Shown piece by piece: positions 14,763 to 27,500 of a stretch of 64,000 nt of DNA. Numbering within the stretch: the first letter of the stretch is position 1; each line of letters begins with the position of its first letter. Under the pieces are notes generated by a model that saw nothing but the letters and a program-made list of their open reading frames with translations, made no database searches and was not told the origin of the DNA. A program made the position numbers and the translations under genes. The stretch comes from Paragordius varius (lineage: Eukaryota; Animalia; Nematomorpha), in assembly GCA_964247055.1 (NCBI GenBank), contig OZ176051.1, forward strand, positions 15,128,001-15,192,000, given 5' to 3'.

Positions 14763-15567
14763 TATATACCATTTACACTTCAAGAGTGTCCTTGAAGAAT
14801 TCAAGTGGTCCTTGAACAATTCAAGTTGGTCCTTGAACAGTTCAAGTTGGTCCTTGAACAATTCAAGTTGGTCCTTGAACAGTTCAAGTTGGTCCTTGAA
14901 CAATTCAAGTTGGTCCTTGAACAATTCAAGTTGGTCCTTTAACTTTTTTGTTTTGTTTTTAACTTTTATCAATCAAATCGAAAATAATTCGTCTATTTTA
15001 TTGTTTTTAACCTATTTTCTATTATTTAACATAAATTTTAAATCGATATCAACTTTTAATCTTTGAAAAACCGTATATCTTTATTAATTTCTTAAAATAA
15101 ATTTAAATATTTATAAGATTTTAACACGAAATGAAAAAATATATAAGTTTTCTGGGTTATTAATTAAAATTTTTCATTAAAAACATTTAAAAGTCAATAA
15201 TTTTGTTCAATTGAAAAAAAATAGTTTTAAACAAAAAAGTGGTTTTTCAATAAAAAAATTTATTTTTAAATGAATAATTATATAATAAATAAAGAAAATT
15301 AGGTTAATAAATAATTAAATAAAAAAATAAATGCAAAAATTATGGTTAAATCAAAATTTATAAATTTTAAGGACCAACTTGAACTGTTCAAGGACCAACT
15401 TGAACTGTTCAAGGACTAACTTGAATTGTTCAAGGACCAACTTGAATTGTTCAAGGACCAACTTGAATTGTTCAAGGACCAACTTGAACTGTTCAAGGAC
15501 CAACTTGAATTGTTCAAGGACCAACTTGAATTGTTCAAGGACACTCTTGAACTGTAAATGGTATATA
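14763..15567. mobile_element. Foldback element with inverted arms made of 21-bp hairpin tandem repeats
   Basis: TIR tatataccatttaca / tgtaaatggtatata. The left arm has about 6-7 and the right arm about 8 copies of GTCCTTGAACAATTCAAGTTG, in opposite orientation. The paralogous empty site in copy A is the (TA)n tract at ~10255-10277. Confidence 0.9.
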
Positions 15568-15958
15568 ATAGATATATATGGTTTTTTTATCATGTGTTTA
15601 ATTTAATATCCAAAATTAAAATATCCATATTATAAGACCTAAAAAACAAATATATCATATATTTGGCACACCTTTACCCAACACATTGCCAAAAATAACG
15701 CGCTTTATATTAACATATTAATTTACTTGGCGTCAATTAATTTTTATATAATTTTAGGCAAAAAATTGGGGTTTGATAGTTAAAAAATTTAATCAATATT
15801 TACGTATCCAAGATAGCGTCCAAAACTACATTAAAAAGTAAAATTATTGCCAATATTTTAAAAATTATAAATATTTATTTAGATATTTGAGAAAGTATAT
15901 ATAGAGCTGCCGTAAATGACCAAAATCACACTATTTTGTCAAATCAAACGAATTCATA

Positions 15959-17680
15959 ATGATTGCCCTATCCTCTCTTTTGACCATCTTTATCGTTTCT
16001 ATCGCTATATCCGATTGCCGATTGCTTAAAGGGACAGAAACCAGCAATATTGGTAATGATATATTTTTATATTACCATAAAATATTATTAACATAGGTTA
16101 ATAATAAAAAGTGCAAGATCTCTACCAAATTATATTAAATCTAATTGATATAAATCAAATATTTTACCTAATGTTTATCAGAATGCAGAGTTACACAGGC
16201 AGCAGATATGGGTGTACAAAATTTGAGACTTTGCTTGTCTGGATTTAGCATTGGGTCTCGACCTCATTATTCTGTGATGGCTTCTTTCGATGAACCTAAC
16301 CGATTAAACAAAAATCCAATGGTGTATTCCTACCAACTTTGGCCTTATTACAATGCAACTTCCTTGTTTGAAGCTTATGGTCCCACATGGGCTAATGCTT
16401 TACATGTAAAATAATTTATTTGTCTTTGTAAGACATAATATTACCGTTTTCGTATATTTATACAGGCTAAGCATTTTGAGTTGCCGAGATTGGTACCACA
16501 GCAAGAGTACATGTTAAAGGTATCAGCTTCACAAAAAAATATTTCACGAGGATCTTTTGCAGATTTCTTGCGATTTAAAGGTATTTCGCAGTAGTTTAAA
16601 TATATATGCCATTTACGTTTAAATTGAGCTTTTAATAAACAGTATCACCCTTTGTATTAATATTTATAATTTGATTCTTAACGTTTATCCCCAATAATGT
16701 TTCTGAGCCTAACACTTTATTATCTTTATGGTAGTTTTATATTCCCAGTGGGATTATATATACTTATTAGAATAGATTTTTATTGAGCTGTTAAAAAGGT
16801 AAATTCTTTAGCATTGGGTCGCGTGATAAACAATTTCCGAATAAAATTAAAAAAAGATACTTCGCAATTCAGTTAGCCGTCATTTTTTCGTTGCAATTTT
16901 AAACAACGGACAAATTATTGTACACTGTTAAGAAATTGAAAATTAAATGTTAATCAAAATCAAACAATAGAATATATTAAGTTTAAGCTATATACAAAAC
17001 TACCTAATGATATTGTCAATAATTTACCAACTTAAATGGTTAAAAAAAATTGTGGCATATAAAATAATTTATATAATACCGATTGGAAAGTTTAGCTAAT
17101 AAATTTAATTATGGAATATAAAGGCCAAATGAATGTTTATTATATACTTCTATCATCTCTTCTTTTTTAGTGTCAGTGAATGGAAATGATTATAACCTTG
17201 AACAGCATGGTATGATAATTTTTATTTATATACCACTAATTGAATTTCTAATTCTTATCTATTACTGAATGCCAAATAGACATTTCCAAATCTTTTGCTA
17301 AAATTGTTCGAGCTACAACTACTTTTACTAATGAAGGCCGCACCAAAGATTTATTTGTATATATTGAGCCCCTTTCCGAACATTTTGCCAAGGCTTATGG
17401 GATTGAAAATTTGGATATCATATTAAGTCGCCCAGATGTAGAAGGAGAAAAGGCTCGACATGGGACTCTTGGTGTAAGTATTTACAGCAGAATATTTTAT
17501 ATTAGCAACATTCACAATATATAACTTTATTAATAGTTAAAAAGCAGAATGTATCGGTTTTCCAACTTAAATCCAAGCTCTGAATATGAAGTCATCATTC
17601 GTCCTATATATAAAAATGGGGCTCATGCTTCAACAGAATACCTCTCTCACCGGATCTATGTAGATTTGGCTCAATGTTAA
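15959..17680 (+). CDS. Secreted protein with two fibronectin type III-like domains, copy 2 (269 aa, 6 exons)
   Basis: Exons 15959-16052, 16182-16405, 16466-16580, 17171-17209, 17280-17473, 17537-17680. By my count there are 9 synonymous and 1 nonsynonymous (M17I) differences from copy 1. Confidence 0.88.
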
Positions 17681-19030
17681 ACTCCTATTTGTTTAGATTT
17701 TATTTTTCAGTTATCAAAAATTGTAGTTTTTTTCAAATTTTAGGTATTATATCTATCATAATAAATATAGTTATATGAAAAATATTAGGAAGTTAATTAA
17801 CCTATAAAAAAATACATAAATATAAATGCAGTAGAATTCTTGGGGCAATTTACTATTTCTCTATTCGTAAATGAAAAACTATTGAGATCTTAAAATCCCT
17901 CTAATAACAAGCAGAATTGCTAATTGCCATAATAGATGATATAAACTTTTTTTAAAATGCATACTTTACTTAATATTAAAGCAGCATAACAACACTTTCG
18001 CGTATAGAAAAAGAGTGTTTTTATAATCAGTCTATCAATAAAATGAAAAAAATTGTTTGTTGTCAGATCTAATTTAGCAAAAAAATTTGACCTGAGGTGA
18101 TAACACGAATTATATTAAAAAAAATTTAATTTTTAACAGGGTTTTTGCATGTTCAATAAAATAGATCTATTCGATTTTAGTTAAATTTTTAGCAAAAGAA
18201 TATTTTTCAAACATACATTTATTGATTAATCAAAGATATAAAACTGCTAAATATTAGGATTTTCGAGTACATCGGCAGTTAAATAGTATATTTCTTTTAC
18301 ATCTGTAATAGACAACAAATTTCCCTGCCACTCGGGTTTTTTGCATCTGATAGTTAATATCATTTTAACAGAAAATTCAAAACAATAATATTTATAATTT
18401 AGCTAAAAATGTGCGGCGTTTAAAAAAATATTTTTTTTATGTTTTTACCTTAGTAAAATTTAAAATTGCATTAAAGTTCTTTGGATATTTGTGTGCTTTC
18501 TCGTCCTACCGATAGTTTATGATAAATTACATTAAAAATGGAAAATAGCAATCTAGAAATCTTAAGACAAAAAGCCAAAACTTTATTAAACCTAAATTAT
18601 CACTATATAATTTATTTAACAATATAATTATAATTGTAAAATAGATAATTAATTTGGTTACCAATATTTATCTCATTTTTTTGCTTGCAAAATAAAAATT
18701 GTATTTATCTTAAATTTTTTCCGTACGATTTCAATTTACAATAAAAATTCAAATTTATACGGACAAAACGTAAATAAATAAAGACAATGATACTTTATAC
18801 TTGATTATTTTATATAACTCATTGTTTAATTTTTCGATTCAAATTATACTTGTATCCCAATAAAAATTATAAAAAAAGCCAAAATATGTAAATTAAATTT
18901 CGTTTTGAAAAAAAAGTTCCATGTGAAACTATTTCGACGCCATTTTTATTTTACAAAATTTTTGCAAAATATCCTAATTATTTGCTAACGTTTAAAGTAT
19001 TGCTAACTTTTTATTTAAATTAAATATAAC

Positions 19031-19580
19031 ATGATAGAAATAGGAAAAGTGGTTTATTTAGTATTACTTTTCAATTTAGCCAATTCACATATATTACGTT
19101 GACTAAATTTTTACTAATGAAAATAAGAAATATCAGGTATATTTGAATTAAAATTTTTTATATATTTCGGTTTATTAATGTTATAAGAGTGCAAATTGAC
19201 ATGGTTGTGATTCCTTCATATTTTTTATAGTAATTAATTTTAACAGGCCTGAAGTGGCCAACTACCCCAATTTAAATTGAAAGACTAAAAAGTGTTATAT
19301 TTAAGTGTAAAATTGCAAAATATAAATTTAAAATTGGGAGAATTTAGTGCCAGTACCCCAGAAATCATAACATTTAACGTTCGTAGCGATCCGTGTCAAT
19401 TTACATTGGGTGTCACCTTATTTGGTGGAAATCAATTACGTAAACATTTTTTTCAACCATCATCCATGTATTTGTCCTTAAAAAACATTTGAAAATTTAT
19501 ATTTTTTGGATTATACCAGAAGATATAAGTGATATTGTTGTTATCATATCAAAAACGGGCAAAACTAGCCTACTTTTTTG
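19031..19580 (+). pseudogene. Possible decayed gene for a secreted protein
   Basis: MIEIGKVVYLVLLFNLANSHIL is signal-peptide-like. Acceptor-like sites at 19246 and 19516 precede protein-like but stop-interrupted frames (GEFSASTPEIITFNVRSDPCQFTLGVTLF). Confidence 0.25.
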
Positions 19581-19964
19581 AATCAAAAAAATAAGATATC
19601 AATGAAATCAAATGTACTGTTTTTGGATTTTTTAACAGATCCTTTTCACTATAAAATTTTGTAAAAAAGTATGATAATATTTTTGACTAATTATATATTT
19701 CCTCTAGGTTATACTATTTTGCCACATTTACAGTGTTACAACTACGACCCTAAAATTGCTAAATTTTTCCAAACATACTTAAAAACATTTTTAAAGCCAT
19801 AATCTAGCTTCCTATTTAATCATTGCCTCGGTCGAATCACAAATTAGATAAATTCCGAGTTGTCTCGATGTTAGCTGCTGCGTAAAATGTGGGAATCACG
19901 AATAATGTTTTCTTATTGAGTTAACCTCGGTAGGCGAGACAATCTAAAACTTCAATGATTATAT

Positions 19965-20270
19965 CAAATTATACCGACAAATTTTAAAACATAAAGACAA
20001 ATGATTTTTAAAAAGGCAGCTCTCTTTTTGTTAACGTGATTGTTTTAATATAAGACATTGTTTTTGAATTACAAAGTAAATATTTAAATTATACGGACAA
20101 AACGTAAAAATAATATCGTGTTGATGTTAGCAATTTGCATCTCTGTTTCATACTTTTTTATTTAGAATAATGACTAAATTTAAAAAATTCAGTTTAAAAA
20201 GAATGGTTGTCTTTAAAAAAAATATTTGTCGATTTAAGCTTTGTCGGTATAATTTCAATTCTTATTCACT
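19965..20270. mobile_element. Tc1/mariner-like MITE copy (same family as 23242)
   Basis: aaattatac(c/g)gacaaa at ~19967 and ~20086, and the inverted ttgtcggtataatttcaatt at ~20241. Confidence 0.6.
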
Positions 20271-20423
20271 GCTAACACAATCAATTTTCTTTTTACTAAT
20301 GTAAGGATTAATTTATATAAGATAAAGTAAGGATTCAAAAAGTCTGTCTCTCAAAGAAGATTTGTTTTTAGGTTTTTATGATTTGTCTGTATTTTGTAAC
20401 ATATTTTTTCAAATTTTGTACAG

Positions 20424-20623
20424 GAGTCAATTATGCGGGAGCTATGCCTATGGCTATGTTAAGTACAACAGATGCAGTCGGAACAGCAATTACTCTAGGA
20501 GCGATGCCTAATACTGGAGTAATAACCTTAACAAGCAACACTACTGTTCCGGCAAATTACACGGGCTTTAATTTTGAAGCAGTCCTGGCTCCTGGTGCCG
20601 CAGTGACGCCCAAAGTATTTGAT
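20424..20623 (+). CDS. Internal coding exon of an unidentified gene (Ala/Thr/Gly-rich, beta-rich)
   Basis: Acceptor ttttgtacag and donor gat|gtgagc bound 200 nt of open frame with GC well above background: GVNYAGAMPMAMLSTTDAVGTAITLGAMPNTGVITLTSNTTVPANYTGFNFEAVLAPGAAVTPKVFD. The probable next acceptor is at ~20708. Upstream exons not found. Confidence 0.5.
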
Positions 20624-21939
20624 GTGAGCTTATAATTTCTGTTTTACAGTAAAATTAATTAAAATTATTCAGAGAAAATGTAAAACCCTAAGGATATTTT
20701 TTTACAGTTGGGTATACTTTATCAATTAGAATTAACATTGGCAGAAAACGCAACATATTTTGGATAGTTAGCCTATCATTGCGATTGGAGGTTTCTTCTC
20801 CAATAATGGCTTATGAAGTGATACATGGATTGTGTTACCAATTTACATGTTACTTACTTTGCTAGTAAAATAAAGCTATATTTATACAAGTTTAAAGGGT
20901 TTAGCTGTTTTTCTCTGTATAATTAATTACTGTACTATTATGCTAAATAATACATTTATGTCCATAATTAGAAATACGATATTTTTCTTAAGTAGTTACA
21001 ATTTATAAATTTCCATTTTTTACTTTAACTTGTTTTGTTATTTTGTTTCTTAATATATTTGTATAAGCCCTCAACTTTAAGTGTTCAAAAAAATCCACCT
21101 TTTCTCAAAACTAAGTTATATTAAACGATATAAGCTGTTTTTCTAATAAAACGTTTAGATATAAGGCATTACAGCGAATGTCATTATTGTATAAGGAGCA
21201 TTTGATGTATTGCATTATATAGGGAATAGATTCATAAATATCACGAAAACACTTTTTGTATATAATTAAAAGAATATGCCATTAAATACTATTTCTTTAT
21301 AAACAATCAGGTTTTTTTCGAAAAGGCTATTTTTCCAGTTATATAAAATTTTTATCGCTTAACTTTGCGCCATTAATATATTAATAACAGGGGCACTTAA
21401 CAAACTGCTCAATGCACTTATATAGCACATAAAACATAAAGCAAAATAAAAAACCTATTGTTATTTAGTTTTTTACTGCTTATAGCCAATAATAATGCTT
21501 GTATATGTTATCTGGCAATATTTAATAAAAATTAGTCAGGTAGGTATATTTGGTCATTTTGTATATTAACAATTAAAGGTGCAGATTTTGCAATTTTTCG
21601 TTTTACGCAAATTTTGAAAATTTTAGAGCTCGATAGCACCTTTTTCCTTAACACCCCACGCTTATAAATTAATCTAAAAAGGAAAGTATGATAAAAAATT
21701 TTGTGGCTAGTTTCATTAAGGTAAACAACTATGAATTGAATATATTATCAAATATTTATTTTACAACTTCCGAATAATTGAGCAGATTAAACGTTATTAG
21801 ATAATGCAAATGGTTAATTTTGATTCAGGCCTATCTTACATGCAGGCTCATATTTTCCAAATAGGTATTTCTAAACTCATTCTTATATAAAATCTAACAC
21901 ATGGTCTAGTCTTTTTGATTTATTTTATTTAAAATATCG

Positions 21940-22420
21940 ACATTGAAACTTTTACACATCACGTTAATAAAATGGCGTGAACAGTCTTTTGGCGAAAACC
22001 ATTTGTCAAGCCATTCAACTTCTTTAATAATACTGAAGCAGGTATTAAAAGTAATTATCGACGAGGCGCAAACAGAGAGCTCCATCTTTTTACCCTAACA
22101 ATTTGGCCGACCAGCTGGGTAAGGCGAAATCCATGATTTTACTGATATTTTAAAATTACGCATTTCCCACCTCTCTTAATTCGGTGCAAAATAATTTTTT
22201 TGTGATGCCCTACCGGAAATTTACAAATATTTTTGTAATTTGTGATTCGACTTTTATTTAAATAAATGAGACTTTTTACCGAGTGTCTCTATTACTGTAG
22301 ACACTATTGCTTGTTTTTTGATATGTGTAATGCTTCTTGACTTTGATTTCGAGTTCAGTACCATCCAATAAGCCTTACAGTTTATTGTCTTTTCATTTGT
22401 TAGACCAAGCGCCCATCTCA
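21940..22420 (-). mobile_element. Possible heavily decayed DDE (Harbinger/ISL2EU-like) transposase remnant
   Basis: Minus-strand GLLDGTELEIK resembles the Harbinger IDGT motif. The rest is not alignable by eye. Confidence 0.2.
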
Positions 22421-23241
22421 CATTAAATCACAATTTTTTTTATTTTCTAAACCATGCTTCTCACAATCTGTTGATGCCGCAGTTTTTTAAGGTACAATTC
22501 GACATATATAGATATACATATTTTCTAAACGATATAAACAGGACGCTATCTTTTGGCAGAATCAATTTGTATGTGTTAGTAGTAGAATGTGAGATTATAA
22601 AATGAATCTGAGTCGAATTCATCGGCCGCATACTTTTTACTGAGGTGTACCCTTAGTTAAACTGCTAAAAATTATGACTAAACTGGTGTGGAGCAAGCTT
22701 CGCCTTTAATTAAAAGTTTCTTTATATATATTGTGAAAATTAATCTCTGTTTAAAAATTATAATATTCAATATTTAATATTTGATAGTTATGGTCAACTT
22801 CCACATTCTGCATAATAAGGGCTCTGATTTCTTACAATTTTATTTAAATCAATATATAAAACATGCTCAAAATGTTTACTCGTACCCAATTTGTGTGATA
22901 GTTAAGAACATATTTTATATGTGTTCAACCAGTGGTAAACATTACTTTTGATTGGAAGCGTCAAATACTAATTCCGTATACGATAAAACAAACAGTAATG
23001 TTTTTTAAGGTGTCACATAGATAATTATTTTGTGTAATATAAACTAACAAGGAGAATATTTTTTGCTAATGGCAGTATTTGCGAATAATTAGGAATTTCT
23101 AAAAGGCATTCTAAGTAGTATCAGGGAAAATATTTTATATCGATACAACAAATGAGGGGTAATTTTTTTAAATAACCAAATTTTAAAAATACTTGAATTC
23201 ATATAATATCGTTTTTGGTTATAAATAAAAAAATCAATATA

Positions 23242-23497
23242 CAGTATTGAAATTATAATGACAAAACGTTAATATTTTAATCTATAAGACTATAACTTAA
23301 TTTTTCACTTATCTATTTAATTACAATCGTAAAATATAGAATCGATTCTGTTAGTTCTGTATGTCTTTACATTTTGCCATTTAAAACAATGAGTTATATT
23401 GAAATAAATTAGGATTTAAAAAGTACGGTTGTCTTTTAGAAAAACATATTTGTCTATATATTTTCACGTTTTGTCCGTATAATTTCAATTTTTACTG
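23242..23497. mobile_element. Tc1/mariner-like MITE, full copy
   Basis: TA|cagtattgaaattataatgacaaaacg ... cgttttgtccgtataatttcaatttttactg|TA: CAGT termini with a TA target duplication. Confidence 0.85.
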
Positions 23498-23559
23498 TAT
23501 TTCAAAGTTAAATCGGTATGCATAAAATTTTGCAGTAATCTTTTTTGTTACAATAATAC

Positions 23560-26120
23560 TGTTTACTGCTTAACACTTTTTTAACCTCATAAATTTCATC
23601 TCAAACTTTTCGCCGCCATATTTTTATTTGTATTTAGTTATATATGATAATTTCTTTTTGAGGCACATGCCGATCAGGTGTATCTCGGGATTTATTTTGT
23701 CAAAAAATTACGGTGTTCTTTATTTTCTTTGCAGGATTTGTAGTATCTTCCGCCAGCACCACATTTTAAAGGCTATAATGTATCATTCGTCATCCTTTTT
23801 TTATTGTCCAACTTTCTGACGCGTAAAGCATACTAGGGGATATTAGGGATTTAACTAATCGGATTTTTGTTTTGAGTTTGATGTCATGTGACGACCATAG
23901 TTTATTATATTTTATCATTTATGATTTAGCAATTCCTATTCTTCTTCTGATGTCGGGGGTGCTGTTGTTAGTCGTATTGATAAGACTGCTCAAATAAGGG
24001 TATGATAACTTCGATTTTTTGGTTGTCAAAGGATAAATTGTTGTAATGATTCTAAGCGTTTATATTCATAATTTTAGTTTTTGTAGTTGATCGTCACACC
24101 GAATTTTCGACAATCAGTTGAAAATTCTGTTATGGGTTTTTTTTAGGTTGTCCACTGAATTTGACAGCAGTATAGTGTCGTCAGCATAGTGAAGTGATGA
24201 TATGATATTGCCGGCGATGCTTATGCCATTAGCTTTATCTATATTTCTTAATACACTTTCTATAAAACGTTAAAAAGAGCCGGTGAAAGAACGCATCCTT
24301 TTACTAAACCATTGTTCATTCGTATCCATTTACTTGTGCCGTGTGAGTTTTATGGGTAATGATGAATTGGGGTAAAGGAATTTGATGATGTTTATTATAT
24401 AATCTGATACTCCAATCTGATATAGTGCCTTCCACAGCGAGTCATGCTACACGCTATCGAAGGCCTTTGAAAAATCAAAGAAGCAGATATGGGTTTCTCT
24501 GAAATTCGATTTGTTTTCAAATATCCAGCGTATATTTCTAATCATATCCCTGAATCCGCGGTTGGTTTTAAATCTCACTTGGATGTTAAAAAGTTCGGCT
24601 TATGCCTTGTATACGCCTGTGAATTATTTTGAGAAAAACTTTTGAGGCTTGGTTGATTAGCGCTATAGTTCTATAGTTGTTAAATGATTTAGGATAGCCT
24701 ATTTGTAAGATGGGGATGAGTATTGATTTGCACCAATCTTGGGGGAATGAGGCGTGAGCAAATATCTTTTGCAATAAATCAGTTAGGATATGAATTGGGA
24801 TAAAACGAATGAGTTCGGTTGGGATATGTACTACTCCGATTTGTTGTTTGATGGTTAAGCACCCATTCAACTTACTCTTTTATGATCTGCGGGTCATGTT
24901 GATAAATATTACTGAAGGCTGGTGCCGTATAGTTTTAATACACATTGTTCCACCAGTTTTTTTCTGTCTGTAATAATATATCCATCTTCCTTTCTCATTG
25001 GGCCTTTGTAGCTTTTAGACCTACGTGGTACAATGTGATCTACTTCAGCAAAGTAGTTGTTGTTATATTTAGCAGCGTTTTCTTATTTTAAGCACAGCTG
25101 ATTGTAGTGATCCTTTTTGTCGTCCCGAGCGCTTTTAACTCTAAGTGATTTGTACTCTGCCGTTTTATTATTGCGTTTTGCTTGGTGCCTGTCCGCTAAA
25201 TCTAAACTTTTTGTGATAGCCTAATAGATGGGAATTTTGATAGGGATGCATTCTCCGTCTGTAGTTCTAGTGATATTTTTTGTTTCCCAAAAATTTTCAG
25301 TGTCACCGTCAATTTAAGTAACAAAAGAAATTCGGAAAAGATCGCAGTAGGTTTATGCTGAGATTTTGGTTTGCGTGAGATACTAGCTTAATTTTAGGTT
25401 AATTTACAAGGAGATTATGATCAGAATAACAGTCGGAACCAGGGTAGGTTTTTTAGTTCATGAATAAAGATTTATGTTTTTGCATACCTAGAATAAAATC
25501 GATTTGGTTTCTGTGCCTCTTGCAAGCTGAGGTCTATGCGTATAGCATTCTCTTAGGTTGCTGGAAAAAAGGAGTTTGAGATATAGATTTATGTTCGCTG
25601 CAAAATTCTATGAGGTGGTCTCCTCTATCGTTTTTGCTTCCCACTTTCCCACCAGTGATTTGGTTTCTATTATCATTACCTACTATCGCGTTAAGTCGTC
25701 CAATATAAATATCATGTCTTTTTTGGGAAATTTCTTTATTAACTGAGCTGAGGGCCTCGTAAAAATGTTCGAGTCTTCTTTTTTTAGCGTTAGTAAGAGC
25801 ATAGATTTGGAATTTGGTTGTGGGGACGAGTTTAATCGAAGTGATATTAGGCGATCTCTGTGTAGATGGTGAATTACTGATGAGTTGGCAAATGATTTGG
25901 TCACTTTTATGGCCATTTCGTTTTGTTAAGGGTATCATGACATGATTATAATAGGATGTGATTTTCATACTCTATGTGACCGTTTAAAGGGATGTGGGAT
26001 TTTGCTATGCCTAATACACTGATGTCATGTTGTTTCACCATTTCTTTTATAATAACTTCGATTTTGTTGGTGGTGTCTACTGAATTCCATGTGCGAATTC
26101 GTAAAGACTAAACGCTGGAG
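23560..26120 (-). mobile_element. Near full-length degenerate RTE-type LINE (APE endonuclease + reverse transcriptase)
   Basis: TIRTWN endonuclease start near 26100. WCKSILIPI...NNYRTIAL...ASKVFLKII and the catalytic SSLHYADDTI at ~24175-24200. Many stops and frameshifts. Confidence 0.92.
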
Positions 26121-26399
26121 TTAATTTTCGAAACAAGCATTGTCTGATGTTTGTATTTTCGATGATGAATGATATTTTATAGGTAATTGGATAAAGATAT
26201 TGTTAAAAAAGATAATTTAATAATCAGTTTGTAGTTCAAATGAATATATTTTTTTTTGAGAATGATGATCTAATGGTATTCAGATAAAAATGAGATGAAA
26301 TGTTTGGTAAAAGCTTGTCTAATGCGTTAATTAAATGCTTTCATTAAGACTGTAGAAAAAAATTACATCTTCAAAAATAATTGGTATTCCTTCTGGAGA

Positions 26400-26690
26400 G
26401 TAGGCATACCAAGCCTTTCCACCGTCTTAACCATTTTCAACTTTGGTCAAATTACCAAGACTAATGACTTGGAATCCCAACTAATGAGAGGCATGGTCGC
26501 AGGATCCAAGAAACGTGGACGCTGCAAGATGTGCTAGATCGAAAACCTAACCAAAGAAACCAATCTTTCTTTACAACAGCTAACAGCTCTCGCTTACAAT
26601 CGAATAAACCGGAGATATACCTTCGAAAAAGAAATAAATCGACAACGATCATTGCTATAATAATAAAATATGTATATCAAAAGAAACATT
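26400..26690 (+). mobile_element. RTE-type LINE 3' end fragment
   Basis: Translation FGQITKTNDLESQLMRGMVAGSKKRGRCKMC*IENLTKETNLSLQQLTALAYNR matches the RTE C-terminus. Confidence 0.75.
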
Positions 26691-27261
26691 ATACAACAAA
26701 GTTGATATTTATTATTTTTAAAATCATCTTTTTCTCTATCTTTAAAACTTATACTAATATCTAGATGCCCAATATTGTATTAATATGAGCTTTAATGTTT
26801 GAGAACGCTAATAAAACATTCAGAAGGGTAGTTTATTTACAAGCTGTCACTATATCCATCGCCTTTAGAAATGAATTAGTTTTGTCATTATTATATTTGA
26901 AAGGACCTGAATGTTTTTCGGGATATCTTCAATATTTTAGAATTTTGAAGATAACGCTGTGATTTTAATCAAAATTGATGGAATACCGGGGGGGGGGGGA
27001 AATTATATTATAAACCTTCTGATTACCCATATTATAACATTTAAATAAAAATGTTATATGAAAACCGATGCTTTTAAAGTTATCATATATGTATTGATAA
27101 GTTAGCTCACTTATAATTTTTAAATTAACGAACCAGGTGTATTCAACAGTTTACCTTTGCAATCTTTTCTAAGGCTGATATGTTCGATCCTTGCAACTTT
27201 TTTAACATCATCGTCTTTTTGCTGCTCAACATCCATATATATATTAATATTTTTTGATAGA

Positions 27262-27500
27262 GTAATTGAAATTATACGGGCAAAATTCTAAAATATAAAG
27301 ACAATATTTTTTCTAGCACAACCCTACTTTTTCAAACCATAATTTTCCTTATCTACTTGATAACAATAATGTAATTGATTGGACTAATAATTTACTTACA
27401 TCTTTATGTTCAACCCAAAATAATAAGGAATGTTCAGTGTCTTTTAGAAAATTTGTCTTTATATTTTTACCTTTTGTCCGTATAATTTCAATTTTTACTT
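27262..27500. mobile_element. Tc1/mariner-like MITE copy
   Basis: gtaattgaaattatacgggcaaaa ... ttttgtccgtataatttcaatttttac. Confidence 0.75.

Larger units (their letters stand above)
14030..17872. repeat. Tandem segmental duplication 1, copy B
   Basis: Colinear with 9530-12552, plus an 805-bp foldback insertion. Confidence 0.92.

Noticed and set aside
14800-15545. 21-bp palindromic repeats as a CRISPR array, or as heptad-repeat ORFs (LFKDQLE, EQFKLVL)
   Set aside because: There are no spacers, the context is eukaryotic, and the arrays form the inverted arms of an insertion absent from the paralogue. The ORFs arise because 21 is divisible by 3.
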